From an uncultured delta proteobacterium (GTDB taxonomy: Bacteria > Myxococcota > Kuafuiibacteriia > Kuafuiibacteriales > Kuafuiibacteriaceae), in contig CAWDML010000010.1 in NCBI GenBank assembly GCA_963803435.1, positions 64,001-128,000 on the forward strand: 64,000 nucleotides of DNA, read 5' to 3'. Under the pieces are notes generated by a model that made no database searches, was not told where the DNA came from, and saw nothing but the letters and a program-made list of their open reading frames with translations. The first letter of the stretch is position 1, and each line of letters begins with the position of its first letter. The position numbers were made by a program, and so were the translations under genes. Of this stretch, positions 53,430 to 62,720 are shown in pieces.

Positions 53430-54187
53430 ACCATCCTCCGTCGCGGGTCTTGGGCCTTCTGCCAGAGCGCCGCCAGGAACCCGGTGGGGTCTCGCGGGTG
53501 GGGGAGATGGAGCTTGTCGGCGTAGATCCCGGCGACGATCTCCGCGAGCTCCTCCCGGCGTGGGTCGCTCATGTGCTCGCGATTCACGAAGAGCTCCAGC
53601 GCCTCGAGGTCGCTCCGATCGAGCGGAAGCGATCCCGGGAGCTCGGGGAGCACCGCCGGATCCGCCTTGACGGCGCTCTCGCGCGCGACGGTGGTCGCTT
53701 CCTCCACGACGACGATCGTGTCCGCGACCATGTCGCCCAGACGCCGGAACTTTGGATCGAGCGCCATCACGATGGGCCCGGGGAGGATGACGCTGCCGGT
53801 GGGCAGGACGGTGATGTCGGCGGCGCGGACCAGGTTGCGGAGGAACGACTCGCGCCAGGTGATCGGGAGGCCGTTGGGCTTCACCACTCGCAGCTTCAAC
53901 GCGATCTTGCCCGGCGAGCGCCCGCCCGTGAGCATCTCGCAGCCGAAGAAGTAGAACCAGTCGAGAAAGAAGGCGACCAGGAGCAACAGCCCGGTGCCGA
54001 GCCCGCTCAGATCGACCATCCCGAGGCCGATCTCGAGCACCAGGGTGATCATGAAGAAGATCAGCACCCGCAGGATCAGATCGATCGCGTACGCGAACAT
54101 TCGGCGGCCGGGTCCCGCGATGCGCGTGCGAAACGCGAGGTGCTCCGGCGTATCGATCTCGAGGACGGTGTCGATGAGGGCCGTCAT
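53426..54187 (-). CDS. RDD family protein
   Basis: TPEH, RMFAYAID, GRSPGK, RRLGDMVADT. Confidence 0.9.
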   Translation of the reverse strand: MTALIDTVLEIDTPEHLAFRTRIAGPGRRMFAYAIDLILRVLIFFMITLVLEIGLGMVDLSGLGTGLLLLVAFFLDWFYFFGCEMLTGGRSPGKIALKLRVVKPNGLPITWRESFLRNLVRAADITVLPTGSVILPGPIVMALDPKFRRLGDMVADTIVVVEEATTVARESAVKADPAVLPELPGSLPLDRSDLEALELFVNREHMSDPRREELAEIVAGIYADKLHLPHPRDPTGFLAALWQKAQDPRRRMV

Positions 54188-54234
54188 GACAGGCGCGAGT
54201 CGGCGAATGTAACACGTCGCCGCGCTTTTGGGGT

Positions 54235-54909
54235 ATGAGTGCCGCGATGCTCTACCGACCGCTCATCGCGCTCGCGCCGCTCCTCGTGATCGGTTGCACC
54301 AAGCAGCCGGCGCGGATCCGGATCAAGGGTCCGCGCGACGCCGTGGAGTCGACGAAGATGGATCCAACCTTTGCGCCTTTCGAAAAGAAGGGCGACACGC
54401 TCCAGCTTCGCACCTCCTCGTTCGACGACAAGGACCATTACATGGGTACCGTCGCGGCGAAGTGGGACAGCTCCGATCGCGAGGTCGCCACCGTCAGTCA
54501 GACCGGCCTCGTCACGTTTCTGTCCAGCGGAAAGGTCGAGATCAAGGCGACGACTCTGGAGCTGGCGACGCCGCTCGAGGCGTCGATCGGGTTGTCGGCC
54601 GTGTTCGTGAAGGGCGTCCGGATCGTCGATCCCGATGAGGCGCACCAGGCCGGTTATAAGCTCTCGCTCGGGGAGATCAAGCAGTTCAAGGCCGAGGTCC
54701 TCAACGACCGCGACCAGGTCATTCCGGACGCGAAGATCGACTGGCACGCCACCTCCTTTGCGGTGACGGTCACACCGACCGGCGAGGTCGAGGCGCGGGC
54801 CATCGGCGCCGCGCAGGTCGTGGCGGAGGCGGACAACGGCTCGGTGGCGCGCGTGGACGTCGAGGTCACGGATTGGGTCAAGCCGAAGAAGAAGAAGAAG
54901 CATCGTTGA
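54235..54909 (+). CDS. Lipoprotein with two bacterial Ig-like (Big_2) domains and a Lys-rich tail
   Basis: Lipobox VIGC; WDSSDREVATVSQTGLVT. Confidence 0.75.
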   Translation: MSAAMLYRPLIALAPLLVIGCTKQPARIRIKGPRDAVESTKMDPTFAPFEKKGDTLQLRTSSFDDKDHYMGTVAAKWDSSDREVATVSQTGLVTFLSSGKVEIKATTLELATPLEASIGLSAVFVKGVRIVDPDEAHQAGYKLSLGEIKQFKAEVLNDRDQVIPDAKIDWHATSFAVTVTPTGEVEARAIGAAQVVAEADNGSVARVDVEVTDWVKPKKKKKHR

Positions 54910-54953
54910 CGTAAGGGAAGGATCCGCCTGGTCGCGGCGTACGACTTCTCGCC

Positions 54954-55796
54954 GTGAAGCATCTCCTCCAGGCCGCCGGCGTCGACGCCGAGCTCTCCAC
55001 TCTCATCGTGGTCGACGGCATCGAGATCTGCGGCGCCGTGATCCCCGGCTCCCAAGCGATCGAGGTGTGGCGCCGGCTGCGCGAGGTGGCCCCGGCCGAG
55101 GGCCACTGGCCGTTGCTCCTCGGCGCCGAGGAGGAGCTGCGCTTTCTTGAGGAGAGCCTCGAGTTCAACCGCACGCCGGTCGCGGCCATCATCGAGGAGT
55201 CGAAATATCTGCATCAGAGCCTGCTGGCGGAGGACGCCCGGCGCGGGCAACCGGAGCCTGCGGGGCCCGGCGCGGTGATCGCGGGGTTCGTCGAGCGGCA
55301 TCCGAAGGGTGGCGAGGAGGCAGCGCTGCTGGAGGCGCTCGATCGGCCGCGTCCCGAGCTGTCCGCCCTCGATGAGCTGGAGGGCCTGGAGTGGGATCCG
55401 GGCGTGCCGGCGCAGGACGGGTTCACGATTCCACGCGAGATCCTCAGCGGGCGCTTCCATGATGCAATCCACCTTGCACTGATCCCGACGCCGCACGGCT
55501 GGGAGGCTCCAGCGTGGATCAAGTTCGGCAACTGGAACGCGTGCCCGCGCCCTGAGGTGCACGCGGCCCGCCTTCACCGCTGGCACGACCGCTTCGGAGC
55601 GGAGGTCGTCGGTATCACCCACGACGTGATCGAGACGGCCGTATCGCGGCCCCCCGACGATCGCGACTCGTGCCTCCGGCTGGCGCTCGAGCAGTACCGG
55701 TACTGCGACGACATCGTCTCGCAGGGCGTCGGCTCGATCTCGGCGCTGGCCGGTTCGCTGCGGGGCGGACGGACCTGGTACTTCTGGTGGGACTGA
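54954..55796 (+). CDS. DUF4253 domain protein
   Basis: FGNWNACP, WHDRFGA, ALEQYRYCDDIVSQG, WYFWWD. Confidence 0.85.
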   Translation: MKHLLQAAGVDAELSTLIVVDGIEICGAVIPGSQAIEVWRRLREVAPAEGHWPLLLGAEEELRFLEESLEFNRTPVAAIIEESKYLHQSLLAEDARRGQPEPAGPGAVIAGFVERHPKGGEEAALLEALDRPRPELSALDELEGLEWDPGVPAQDGFTIPREILSGRFHDAIHLALIPTPHGWEAPAWIKFGNWNACPRPEVHAARLHRWHDRFGAEVVGITHDVIETAVSRPPDDRDSCLRLALEQYRYCDDIVSQGVGSISALAGSLRGGRTWYFWWD

Positions 55797-55797
55797 C

Positions 55798-56544
55798 ATG
55801 GGTGCACTGAGAATCACCATCGCGACGGATCGTCGGATCGAGAGCTGGTCGCGCGGCGCCCTGGCCAACGTCTGGGACGACCAAGATCAGCGGTTGATCG
55901 AGGCCGACCTCCACGATCCGGAGGTCTTCGCGTACGACTCTGCGTTCGGCCACATCGATCTGATCAAGCCCGTGCTGCATCCGTGGTTCGCCGAGCTCGC
56001 GGGCCGGTGCCTCGGGATCACCGAGACCGAGGCGCGCGATGTGGTGCTGGGCGGTCGCGCTGGCTGGACCGAGGACGGCCGCTTCGTGACCGGCGCGGAG
56101 GCCGCGGTGTATCCGCTCCTCCACGGTGGCGCCGAGCTGGCGCAACGCTTGGAGCAGATCACGCTGGGGGAGTCGCTCGCCGGCTTCTTCAGGGCGTGGC
56201 AGCGCACGCCGCGGCAGCTGTTGTTGGAGCGGCTCCCGATTCTCCCCCCGGTGGTCCGCCGCCGCTTCCCCGGGATCGAGCGGCTGTATCGCAACGTGAT
56301 CGCCAGCGCCCACGCGGTGGCGGTCTACGCGAAGGACGACGTCCCGCAGCTCCTCTGGGAGCATCAGCTGTTCGAGCTCCAGGCGGCGGTCGACCTCTTG
56401 TTCGACAATCGCACGGCCGACCGGCCCGGCGCCGGTCTCGACGGGCGCATTCTTCCCAGCCTCGGGGACGTGGTGGACGGGAGCCGGCGGACGGATCACC
56501 TCCGGCTGGCGCTCCGCGGTGCCGCGCTGGACGCGCAGGAATAG
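55798..56544 (+). CDS. Stand-alone RNA polymerase beta' clamp-domain homolog
   Basis: Collinear matches to beta' N-terminal motifs: IESWSRG, FGHIDLIKPVLHPWF, LPILPP, LYRNVI, LQAAVDLLFDN, LPSLGD. Confidence 0.8.
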   Translation: MGALRITIATDRRIESWSRGALANVWDDQDQRLIEADLHDPEVFAYDSAFGHIDLIKPVLHPWFAELAGRCLGITETEARDVVLGGRAGWTEDGRFVTGAEAAVYPLLHGGAELAQRLEQITLGESLAGFFRAWQRTPRQLLLERLPILPPVVRRRFPGIERLYRNVIASAHAVAVYAKDDVPQLLWEHQLFELQAAVDLLFDNRTADRPGAGLDGRILPSLGDVVDGSRRTDHLRLALRGAALDAQE

Positions 56545-56582
56545 GCGGAGCCGACGGAGCATGGTAAGGCTCCGAGTGAGAC

Positions 56583-56804
56583 ATGGTGTTCGTAGACTCA
56601 GAGAACGACGAGTGGAAGAACGACGGCCGAGCCTACCGTCGGGTGCTTCCGGGCTTCGTCGAGATGAACGTGAAGATGGACGGCGGCTCGTGGCGGTGGA
56701 CGCTGTACGAGAAGCGGCGTCCGCTCGAGAGTGGTCCGGCGCGTTCGCTCGAGGAAGCGATGAAGGCGGTCAAAGAAGCCGCCACGCGCCGCACGTCCAA
56801 GTGA
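56583..56804 (+). CDS. Small hypothetical protein (73 aa)
   Basis: Coding-like composition; convergent with the toxin gene with a 4-nt gap. Confidence 0.6.
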   Translation: MVFVDSENDEWKNDGRAYRRVLPGFVEMNVKMDGGSWRWTLYEKRRPLESGPARSLEEAMKAVKEAATRRTSK

Positions 56805-56808
56805 TCGG

Positions 56809-57612
56809 CTACCACTTCCCGACCTTGCCCAGGTGACCGAACGCCGCCAGGCGCGTCGCCTGGAAGTCGCTCTTGATGTAGTAGGCCGTGATGAAGTCGC
56901 CGTCGGGCGTGAACGACGCCACCTGACGCGTCAGCGGGTTGTAGAAGTGGACGGCGTGGACGTTGAACCCGTCCTTGCCCTTGATCGACCCGAAGATCCG
57001 GCTGGTCCCTCCGTCGGCCATGTGCCGCTTGACCGCCTGCTCGAACGCCGCGAAGCCCTGGGAGCCCCGCGACTCCACCACGCCGAACTCGGGGGCGTGC
57101 TTGAACTTCTTCTCGAGCTGCCGGAGCGGGAACTTCAACCGCGGGAAGTTCTTGGCTGCGCCGGAGCGAATGAGCGGGAGGGTTGCGCGCGCCGCCGCTC
57201 GAGCCGCCGCCGCCGCTGCCGCTCTTCCGGCCATCCGCACCGCGACCGCTCGCGCTGCCGCCGAGACCGCGATCCCGATCCCGATGCACAGCGGACAGGC
57301 GGCGTGCGCGACGGGCCCCGAGGAGCTGGACCGTGCCAGCCGCCGCTCGTTGCCGTCCGTGATGATGTCGCGAGGGTCGAGCCTCTCGGCCGGCTGAAGC
57401 CCCCGGTCCGTGCGCCGGAGGCGGACCACCAGGCCGCGCTCGCCTTCGCTCGTGATCCGGGCCGCCTCGGTGCCGATGAGCCGGCGGGCGGCGCCCTGAT
57501 CCGGAGCCTTCGTCGGTGAGGTTTGGGCTGCTGCCTGAGCGGCCAGCACGGTCGCGGGGCTCGCGAACGCGACCGTCGCCATGGCGCCTGCGATGAGCTT
57601 GTTGTTCAACAT
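56809..57612 (-). CDS. Exported protein with C-terminal colicin D-like tRNase domain
   Basis: Signal peptide MLNNKLIAGAMATVAFA; LEKKFKHAPEFGV, FEQAVKRHM, HFYNPLT, GDFITAY; GAGGAG ribosome-binding site. Confidence 0.8.
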   Translation of the reverse strand: MLNNKLIAGAMATVAFASPATVLAAQAAAQTSPTKAPDQGAARRLIGTEAARITSEGERGLVVRLRRTDRGLQPAERLDPRDIITDGNERRLARSSSSGPVAHAACPLCIGIGIAVSAAARAVAVRMAGRAAAAAAARAAARATLPLIRSGAAKNFPRLKFPLRQLEKKFKHAPEFGVVESRGSQGFAAFEQAVKRHMADGGTSRIFGSIKGKDGFNVHAVHFYNPLTRQVASFTPDGDFITAYYIKSDFQATRLAAFGHLGKVGKW

Positions 57613-57644
57613 GATGTCTCTCCTCTCGCGCCTCGGCGCGGCGT

Positions 57645-58704
57645 TCAGTCGTCGTCTTCTTCGTCGGGTCCGTTTTGCAGCCACGCCGGGTCGATCGGCA
57701 CGTCGACGTCGACCGCATCTCCGTCCGGCGGCTCCGCGGGCGGCGCGGCCTCCGGGGGTGGAGGTGGTGGCGGCGGCGGCGCGGCCTGGGGCGGAGGCGG
57801 CGGTGCGGCCTCTTCGGGGGGCGGCGGCGGCGGCGGCGGCGGCGCGGCCTGGGGCGGCGGCGGCGGTGCGGCCTCCGCCGGTGGCGGCGCGGCGGGTGGC
57901 GGCGCGTCCGCGGGGGGCGGCGGCGGCGGTGCCACCGGCGCGGCGTCCGCAGGCGGCGGTGCGTCCGGAGGCGGTGCGACCGGCGCGGCGTCCGCGGGCG
58001 GCGGCGGCGCGTCGGCAGGCGGAGGTGCGACCGGAGGTGCCACCGGCGCGGCAGGCGGCGGTGCGACCGGCGGCGCAACCGGCGGCGCAACCGGTGTTGC
58101 GCTCGGTGCCTGGGCCGCCGGCTTTCGACGATGCCGCCGGCGATGGGTGGGCGCGTGCGTCGCGCCCTTGCCGGCTCCCGGCGCCGGCCGGACCCGCACC
58201 GAGACGATGCTCGGCCCGCTCACCGGCGTCGGCGGGGGCGCTGCGCCCTCCGGCTCCGTGGGCCTCGACGGCGCCGCCGCGTGCGGCGCGTCGGGCGGCC
58301 GCTTCGCGTGCGGTTCCGGGCGCGGCCCGCTCCGCTTGACGACGATCGTGGATATCCTCGTCGGGCGTCGGCCCCGGGTAGACGTGCTCGACGCGATGTT
58401 TGACCCGGAGCGTGTAGTACCACATGCCGCGCCGCGGATTGTGGGTGGTGTTGGGCGTCAGCTCGTGCGCGGGCCGCGCCTCGGGCGGCGTCACCCGCAC
58501 CTTCTGGTCGCCGAACGGGAACGTCGTCGCCGACGCGAATGGGCTCTCGACGATGAGCGCGTTCCGCGTCGTCGTCGATTGCACCGGGGTGGTGTCCGAG
58601 TCCTGCTTCGGTCCGTGCGTCGCGAGCACCGCCGCGCCGACCGCGGCGACCGCGACGACCGGCGTTGCCGGATGACCGAAGATGATTTGCCCCGCCTTCT
58701 TCAT
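57645..58704 (-). pseudogene. Pro-rich membrane-anchored/exported protein, paralog 1, with a frameshift at ~58351
   Basis: Shares PNTTHNxRRGMxYY...HVYP with 59221..60171; removing one C restores ITIVVK and the Pro-rich frame. Confidence 0.7.
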
Positions 58705-58738
58705 CACATTCTCCACTGCTCCGCTTGGGCGCGGGCGT

Positions 58739-59203
58739 TCAAACGGGCGTCCCCAGGTAGCCGAATCGAAGCCAGTCGATGCGCACCACCTTCTGGCTAG
58801 AGGGCGTCCAGACGTTCACGTAGTAGCCGCTGGCCTCGGGCGGAACGATCTTGTGCTCGCGTATGAGTCGGCGGATCTGTCGCGAGAGCTCGCGCTTGCC
58901 GCGCGTTGATCCCTTGCACTCGATGACCCCTTTGGCGCCGAGCTGCGTGACGTAGACGCGGCAGTCGAGATCGTATTTCCGCCCGACTCGCTTCGCCACG
59001 CGGTTCACCAGATTGGCGGCGGCGACTCCGGTCTTCGGCGAGCGCGCGGCGCGGGCGGTCTTCGCGGTCTTCGCGGTGACCAGCTCGTATCGATCGCCGC
59101 TGTCGCGCTGCGGCGTGGTGTTCGCCGACGCTGCGGTGGCGCCCGCTGCGGGTAGAAGCAACGTCGCCCCGATGGCTGCGGTCGTGAGTCGTTTGCTGCG
59201 CAT
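58739..59203 (-). CDS. Exported basic hypothetical protein
   Basis: Signal peptide MRSKRLTTAAIGATLLLPAAGATA; GAGGAGG ribosome-binding site; two Cys. Confidence 0.7.
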   Translation of the reverse strand: MRSKRLTTAAIGATLLLPAAGATAASANTTPQRDSGDRYELVTAKTAKTARAARSPKTGVAAANLVNRVAKRVGRKYDLDCRVYVTQLGAKGVIECKGSTRGKRELSRQIRRLIREHKIVPPEASGYYVNVWTPSSQKVVRIDWLRFGYLGTPV

Positions 59204-59220
59204 GTGAACCTCCTCGTTCC

Positions 59221-60171
59221 TCACTCCGGCCGCGTCTCAGGGCCGGTGCTCTCGAGCAGCGGATCAGGAGGCGGCTCCGATCCATCGATGCTGGCGTCGA
59301 TCTCGTCGTCCGTCTCGTCGGGCGCCTCGGCCTGCGTGGGCTCGGGCGGCGCCGGCGGACTGATCTCCGGAGCCGGCGGCGGCGGTGGCGGTGGCGCCGC
59401 CGGCTCCGGAGGTGGCGGTGTCGGCGCGGGATCCGGCGTCGCCGCCGCGGGCGCCACGGGCGGGGGCGGAGGGGGCGCCGCGGACTCGTCCGGCACGACC
59501 GGCGCCGGCGGTGGAGCCGGAGGCGCGGGCGGGATGGACGCGTCCGGCGGCGCCGCGGAAACCGGAGGCTCGGGGGGAGCAGGCGGCGGTGGCGCAGGCG
59601 GCGGCGCAACCGGCGGCGGCTCAGGCGTCGGTGCCAGCACCGCTCGACCGGGCGTCGCCTGCCCCACCCCCCGATGTCGCTTTCGACGGTGGATCGTCGC
59701 GGGTGCTGGCGCCGGTGCGGGCGAGACCGGCGCGGCGCTCGAGGGCCCGACGGGCGCGGGCGCGGGCACCGTCGCGGGCGTGCTCCGCCGTTGGGCGGCA
59801 TGAATCCGCACGGTCACCAGGTTGAGCTTGGCCGGCGCCTTCACGACAATCTCGAGCGGCTCTCCCGGCCTCGGATAGACGTGCTTCGTGCCCGGGTGGA
59901 GCGCGACGACGTAGTACTGCATGCCGCGGCGTGCGTTGTGCGTGGTGTTGGGGACGAGCTTCGGGCCCGACGGCGTTCTCACGGTCACGCTTCGATCACC
60001 CAGACGGAACCCGCCGATGGATTCAGGGAGCAGGCCACCCGCGTGGGCTGAACCGGCCGGAGGCGCCGGGACGGGATCGGGCGCCTTGCTCGAGTGCCCC
60101 GAGGTCGCGAGACCGACTCCGACCGCCGCGACGGCGACGGCGGGGGCCGCCGTGAACACCAGCTTCTTCAT
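59221..60171 (-). CDS. Pro-rich membrane-anchored/exported protein, paralog 2
   Basis: Hydrophobic N-terminus, PNTTHNARRGMQYY, HVYP, basic patch, Pro-rich stalk, acidic tail. Confidence 0.75.
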   Translation of the reverse strand: MKKLVFTAAPAVAVAAVGVGLATSGHSSKAPDPVPAPPAGSAHAGGLLPESIGGFRLGDRSVTVRTPSGPKLVPNTTHNARRGMQYYVVALHPGTKHVYPRPGEPLEIVVKAPAKLNLVTVRIHAAQRRSTPATVPAPAPVGPSSAAPVSPAPAPAPATIHRRKRHRGVGQATPGRAVLAPTPEPPPVAPPPAPPPPAPPEPPVSAAPPDASIPPAPPAPPPAPVVPDESAAPPPPPPVAPAAATPDPAPTPPPPEPAAPPPPPPPAPEISPPAPPEPTQAEAPDETDDEIDASIDGSEPPPDPLLESTGPETRPE

Positions 60172-60260
60172 GCATTGGGAGTTTTCGTCGCGGACCTGGC
60201 CCGCGACGTTCACCCGAGGTCAGCAGCCTTTTAACGGGGGGAGGCCACAAGTGCGCCGGA

Positions 60261-61433
60261 TCAAAGGCTTTGGAGACCCGAGAGCGGCGCCTGGAGGAAG
60301 AGCAGCTCCAGCCGCTCCTTGGCCTCGGTGTATCGCTTCGCGCGCGCCTCGGACCAGCTCGGGTCGGCCTCGTCGAAGGCGTCCGGCTCGGGCCAATGAT
60401 CGGGGAACGGGTTCTTCCACTCCCCGCCGTCGACGTCGCCCGCGCCGACCGGCGCGTCCAGCACGGCCTTCACCGGATCGACGTACTCGAACGGGAGATC
60501 CTCCGCCCCGTCGCGAAAGTGGACGTACACCGCGCCGACGAGCCCAGGCAGCGAGTCGCCCGCGGGGTCCGGCGGGGGCAGGCCAGTGTTGTACCGAGGG
60601 TCCCGCGTGTCCGAGGTGTAGCCGGCGAATCGATAGCCGCCCTTTTGATGAAGCCGGTGCGAGGCGACGTTGTTGCTCCGCGGGTCGAAGGGACCGCTCG
60701 GATCGTGCGCGTCGAGATCATCCTGGGTGAACACGGCGACGTGCGCCACCAGCGGATACGACTTGTGATACCACCTGAGCACTTCGGCCTGGAGCGCGGC
60801 GGCGAGTCGCTTCCCGCGGAAGGCCGGATGGATCGCGATCTGCGACATGTAGATGAACCGGCCCGACTCCAGCACCTGGCGCGCGCGCCGTCCGTGCGGG
60901 CCGACGAACTTGTGCTTGCCCGCCGGCCGGCTGATGAAGCGCGCCGCAGAGACGGTCTGAAACGCGATCACCTCGCCCGCGTGGTCCTCGGCCACCCAGA
61001 AGTCCTTGTAGTGCCGCATCGCGAAGCGGATCGCGTCCGGTGACGACTTCTGGACCAGCCATCCGTTCTTCGGGTGGTCGGCCGCATCGATCTTCCTCAG
61101 CGCGTAGTGCTCCTGGATCGCGGCGATCGCCTCCGCATCCTCCGGCCGGGCCCGGCGCACGCACTTCACGCCGTCGGGGAGCTCGACCACCGGATCGATG
61201 GCGTGGGCGCGCTTCACCAGGCCGTGGTGCGGGGCGCTCGCCGCGAGGGGCGAGGCCTCGGGCGTCGTGCGAGGGTCCTGCGGCTCGGACGTGTCGTCGA
61301 TGTGGAGCGCGCGTCTACGTGCGGCGACGGCAGGCAGGTCCACATCGGGATTGTCGGACGGCGCGATCGTTTGTTGCGTCTCGCGCAGGGAAAGGCCCCT
61401 GTCATTGACAGCCACCCGGCGACGCGTTCTCAC
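60261..61433 (-). CDS. GNAT family acetyltransferase
   Basis: VRRARPEDAEAI, QIAIHPAFRGKRLA, NVASHRLHQKGGY; start uncertain. Confidence 0.7.
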   Translation of the reverse strand: MRTRRRVAVNDRGLSLRETQQTIAPSDNPDVDLPAVAARRRALHIDDTSEPQDPRTTPEASPLAASAPHHGLVKRAHAIDPVVELPDGVKCVRRARPEDAEAIAAIQEHYALRKIDAADHPKNGWLVQKSSPDAIRFAMRHYKDFWVAEDHAGEVIAFQTVSAARFISRPAGKHKFVGPHGRRARQVLESGRFIYMSQIAIHPAFRGKRLAAALQAEVLRWYHKSYPLVAHVAVFTQDDLDAHDPSGPFDPRSNNVASHRLHQKGGYRFAGYTSDTRDPRYNTGLPPPDPAGDSLPGLVGAVYVHFRDGAEDLPFEYVDPVKAVLDAPVGAGDVDGGEWKNPFPDHWPEPDAFDEADPSWSEARAKRYTEAKERLELLFLQAPLSGLQSL

Positions 61434-61441
61434 CGTCTGCG

Positions 61442-62350
61442 ATGGGCGAGGCGCGGGACATCCTCTCCAACGTGTGGAAGTGGCTTCCGGTGTTCCGAAG
61501 CGTCGCCGAGACGCAGAGCGTGTCGCAGGCGGCGCGTGTGCTGGGCGTGAGTCCCCCTGCGGTCTCCCGTGCGCTTCAGCAGCTCGAGGCGGGGATCGGC
61601 CGTGAGCTGTTCGATCGCAAGGGGCGCCAGATCGTCCTCAACCCCGACGGCGAGGTCTTGCTCGAGGCGCTCCGCGAGGTCGATGTACGCCTCGAAGCGG
61701 TGATCGAACGCCTCGCGGATCGCGACGCCTCCGGCGCAGTGCGCTTGGGATCGATGGGACAGCTTGGCCGCGCCTTCTTGTTGCCCGCGATCCGCCTGTT
61801 GAGCGAGCGCTATCCTCGCCTCCAGCTCTCGATCGTCCACCACGAGCCGGAGCTCGCCATCGAGCAGCTCAAGGCCGGCATGCTGGACCTCTACCTCGCG
61901 CTCAATGTCAGCGTCGGTGAGCCGCTCAGCGCGGTCCGCCTGGCCGACCTCGAGCTCGCCGTCTACGCCGGCCGCACCCACCCGCTCTTCTCCGCGTTGG
62001 AGATGCGGCCCGAGGACCTTGAGCAGCACGGATTCGCAGCCCAGCGCCGCCCCGGCCTGATGCGATCCATCTGGCCCAGCACGCTCAAGCGAACCGTGAC
62101 GCTCGAGACCGACTCCCACGCGATCGCGCTCGACGCCTGTCTCGCCGGCTCCCACTTGATGGTGATGGAGCGCGTGATCGCCGCGCCGATGGTCGCTCAG
62201 GGTGAGCTGCGCGAGCTCAGGGTCGATGCGCTCGAGCCGGCGCGGCTGTCGCTCTGCCGGCACGCCCACTCCTCGCATCATCTCCTGCTGGACCGCGTGG
62301 CGACCGCCATCCAGACGACCGTCGAGGAGCTGCTCCGCGAGCACGTGTGA
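61442..62350 (+). CDS. LysR family regulator
   Basis: SVSQAARVLGVSPPAVSRALQQLE..LFDRKGR. Confidence 0.9.
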   Translation: MGEARDILSNVWKWLPVFRSVAETQSVSQAARVLGVSPPAVSRALQQLEAGIGRELFDRKGRQIVLNPDGEVLLEALREVDVRLEAVIERLADRDASGAVRLGSMGQLGRAFLLPAIRLLSERYPRLQLSIVHHEPELAIEQLKAGMLDLYLALNVSVGEPLSAVRLADLELAVYAGRTHPLFSALEMRPEDLEQHGFAAQRRPGLMRSIWPSTLKRTVTLETDSHAIALDACLAGSHLMVMERVIAAPMVAQGELRELRVDALEPARLSLCRHAHSSHHLLLDRVATAIQTTVEELLREHV

Positions 62351-62417
62351 TCGGAGGCTGCGACCACGGCGCCGGCGGTGGCGCCCGCAAGCGAAGTGGT
62401 CTAGTCTCGACGCCCGC

Positions 62418-62720
62418 GTGCTGCGCTTGCTCGCCATCCTCGCGCTCGTGCTGGTCACCGCCCGTGTGAGCGGAGCCTGCGGGCTCGAGGCCGGCGGGCG
62501 CTGCCTCCAGCAGTGCGCGGACGACGACCCCAGCGGGAACTGCGGGGTCGATTGCCACGATTGCTCCTGCTGCCTCCATCCGACGCCGATCGTGTTCGTT
62601 CCCAGCGAGCTGCCCTCATCTCCGGGCGTCACCTTCGCCTCCCCCGAACCCTCGCCGCTCGCGCCTGCGTCGCGCGACGCCGACGAGATCCTCCACATCC
62701 CCAAAGCGCTCCTCTGTTGA
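62418..62720 (+). CDS. Small Cys/His-rich exported protein (CzcI/DUF2946-like)
   Basis: CADDD..NCGVDCHDCSCC and terminal ILHIPK; upstream of a TolC gene. Confidence 0.65.
   Translation: MLRLLAILALVLVTARVSGACGLEAGGRCLQQCADDDPSGNCGVDCHDCSCCLHPTPIVFVPSELPSSPGVTFASPEPSPLAPASRDADEILHIPKALLC

Noticed and set aside
55798-56544. Split rpoC (cyanobacterial rpoC1-type) or the genuine rpoC
   Set aside because: No rpoB or rest of beta' nearby, no catalytic motif, no Zn ribbon, and far too divergent for a core subunit
57720-58100. GGC-rich low-complexity tracts as non-coding repeats
   Set aside because: Explained by Pro/Ala codons of the stalk protein; the same applies to 39900-40060 and 59340-59640
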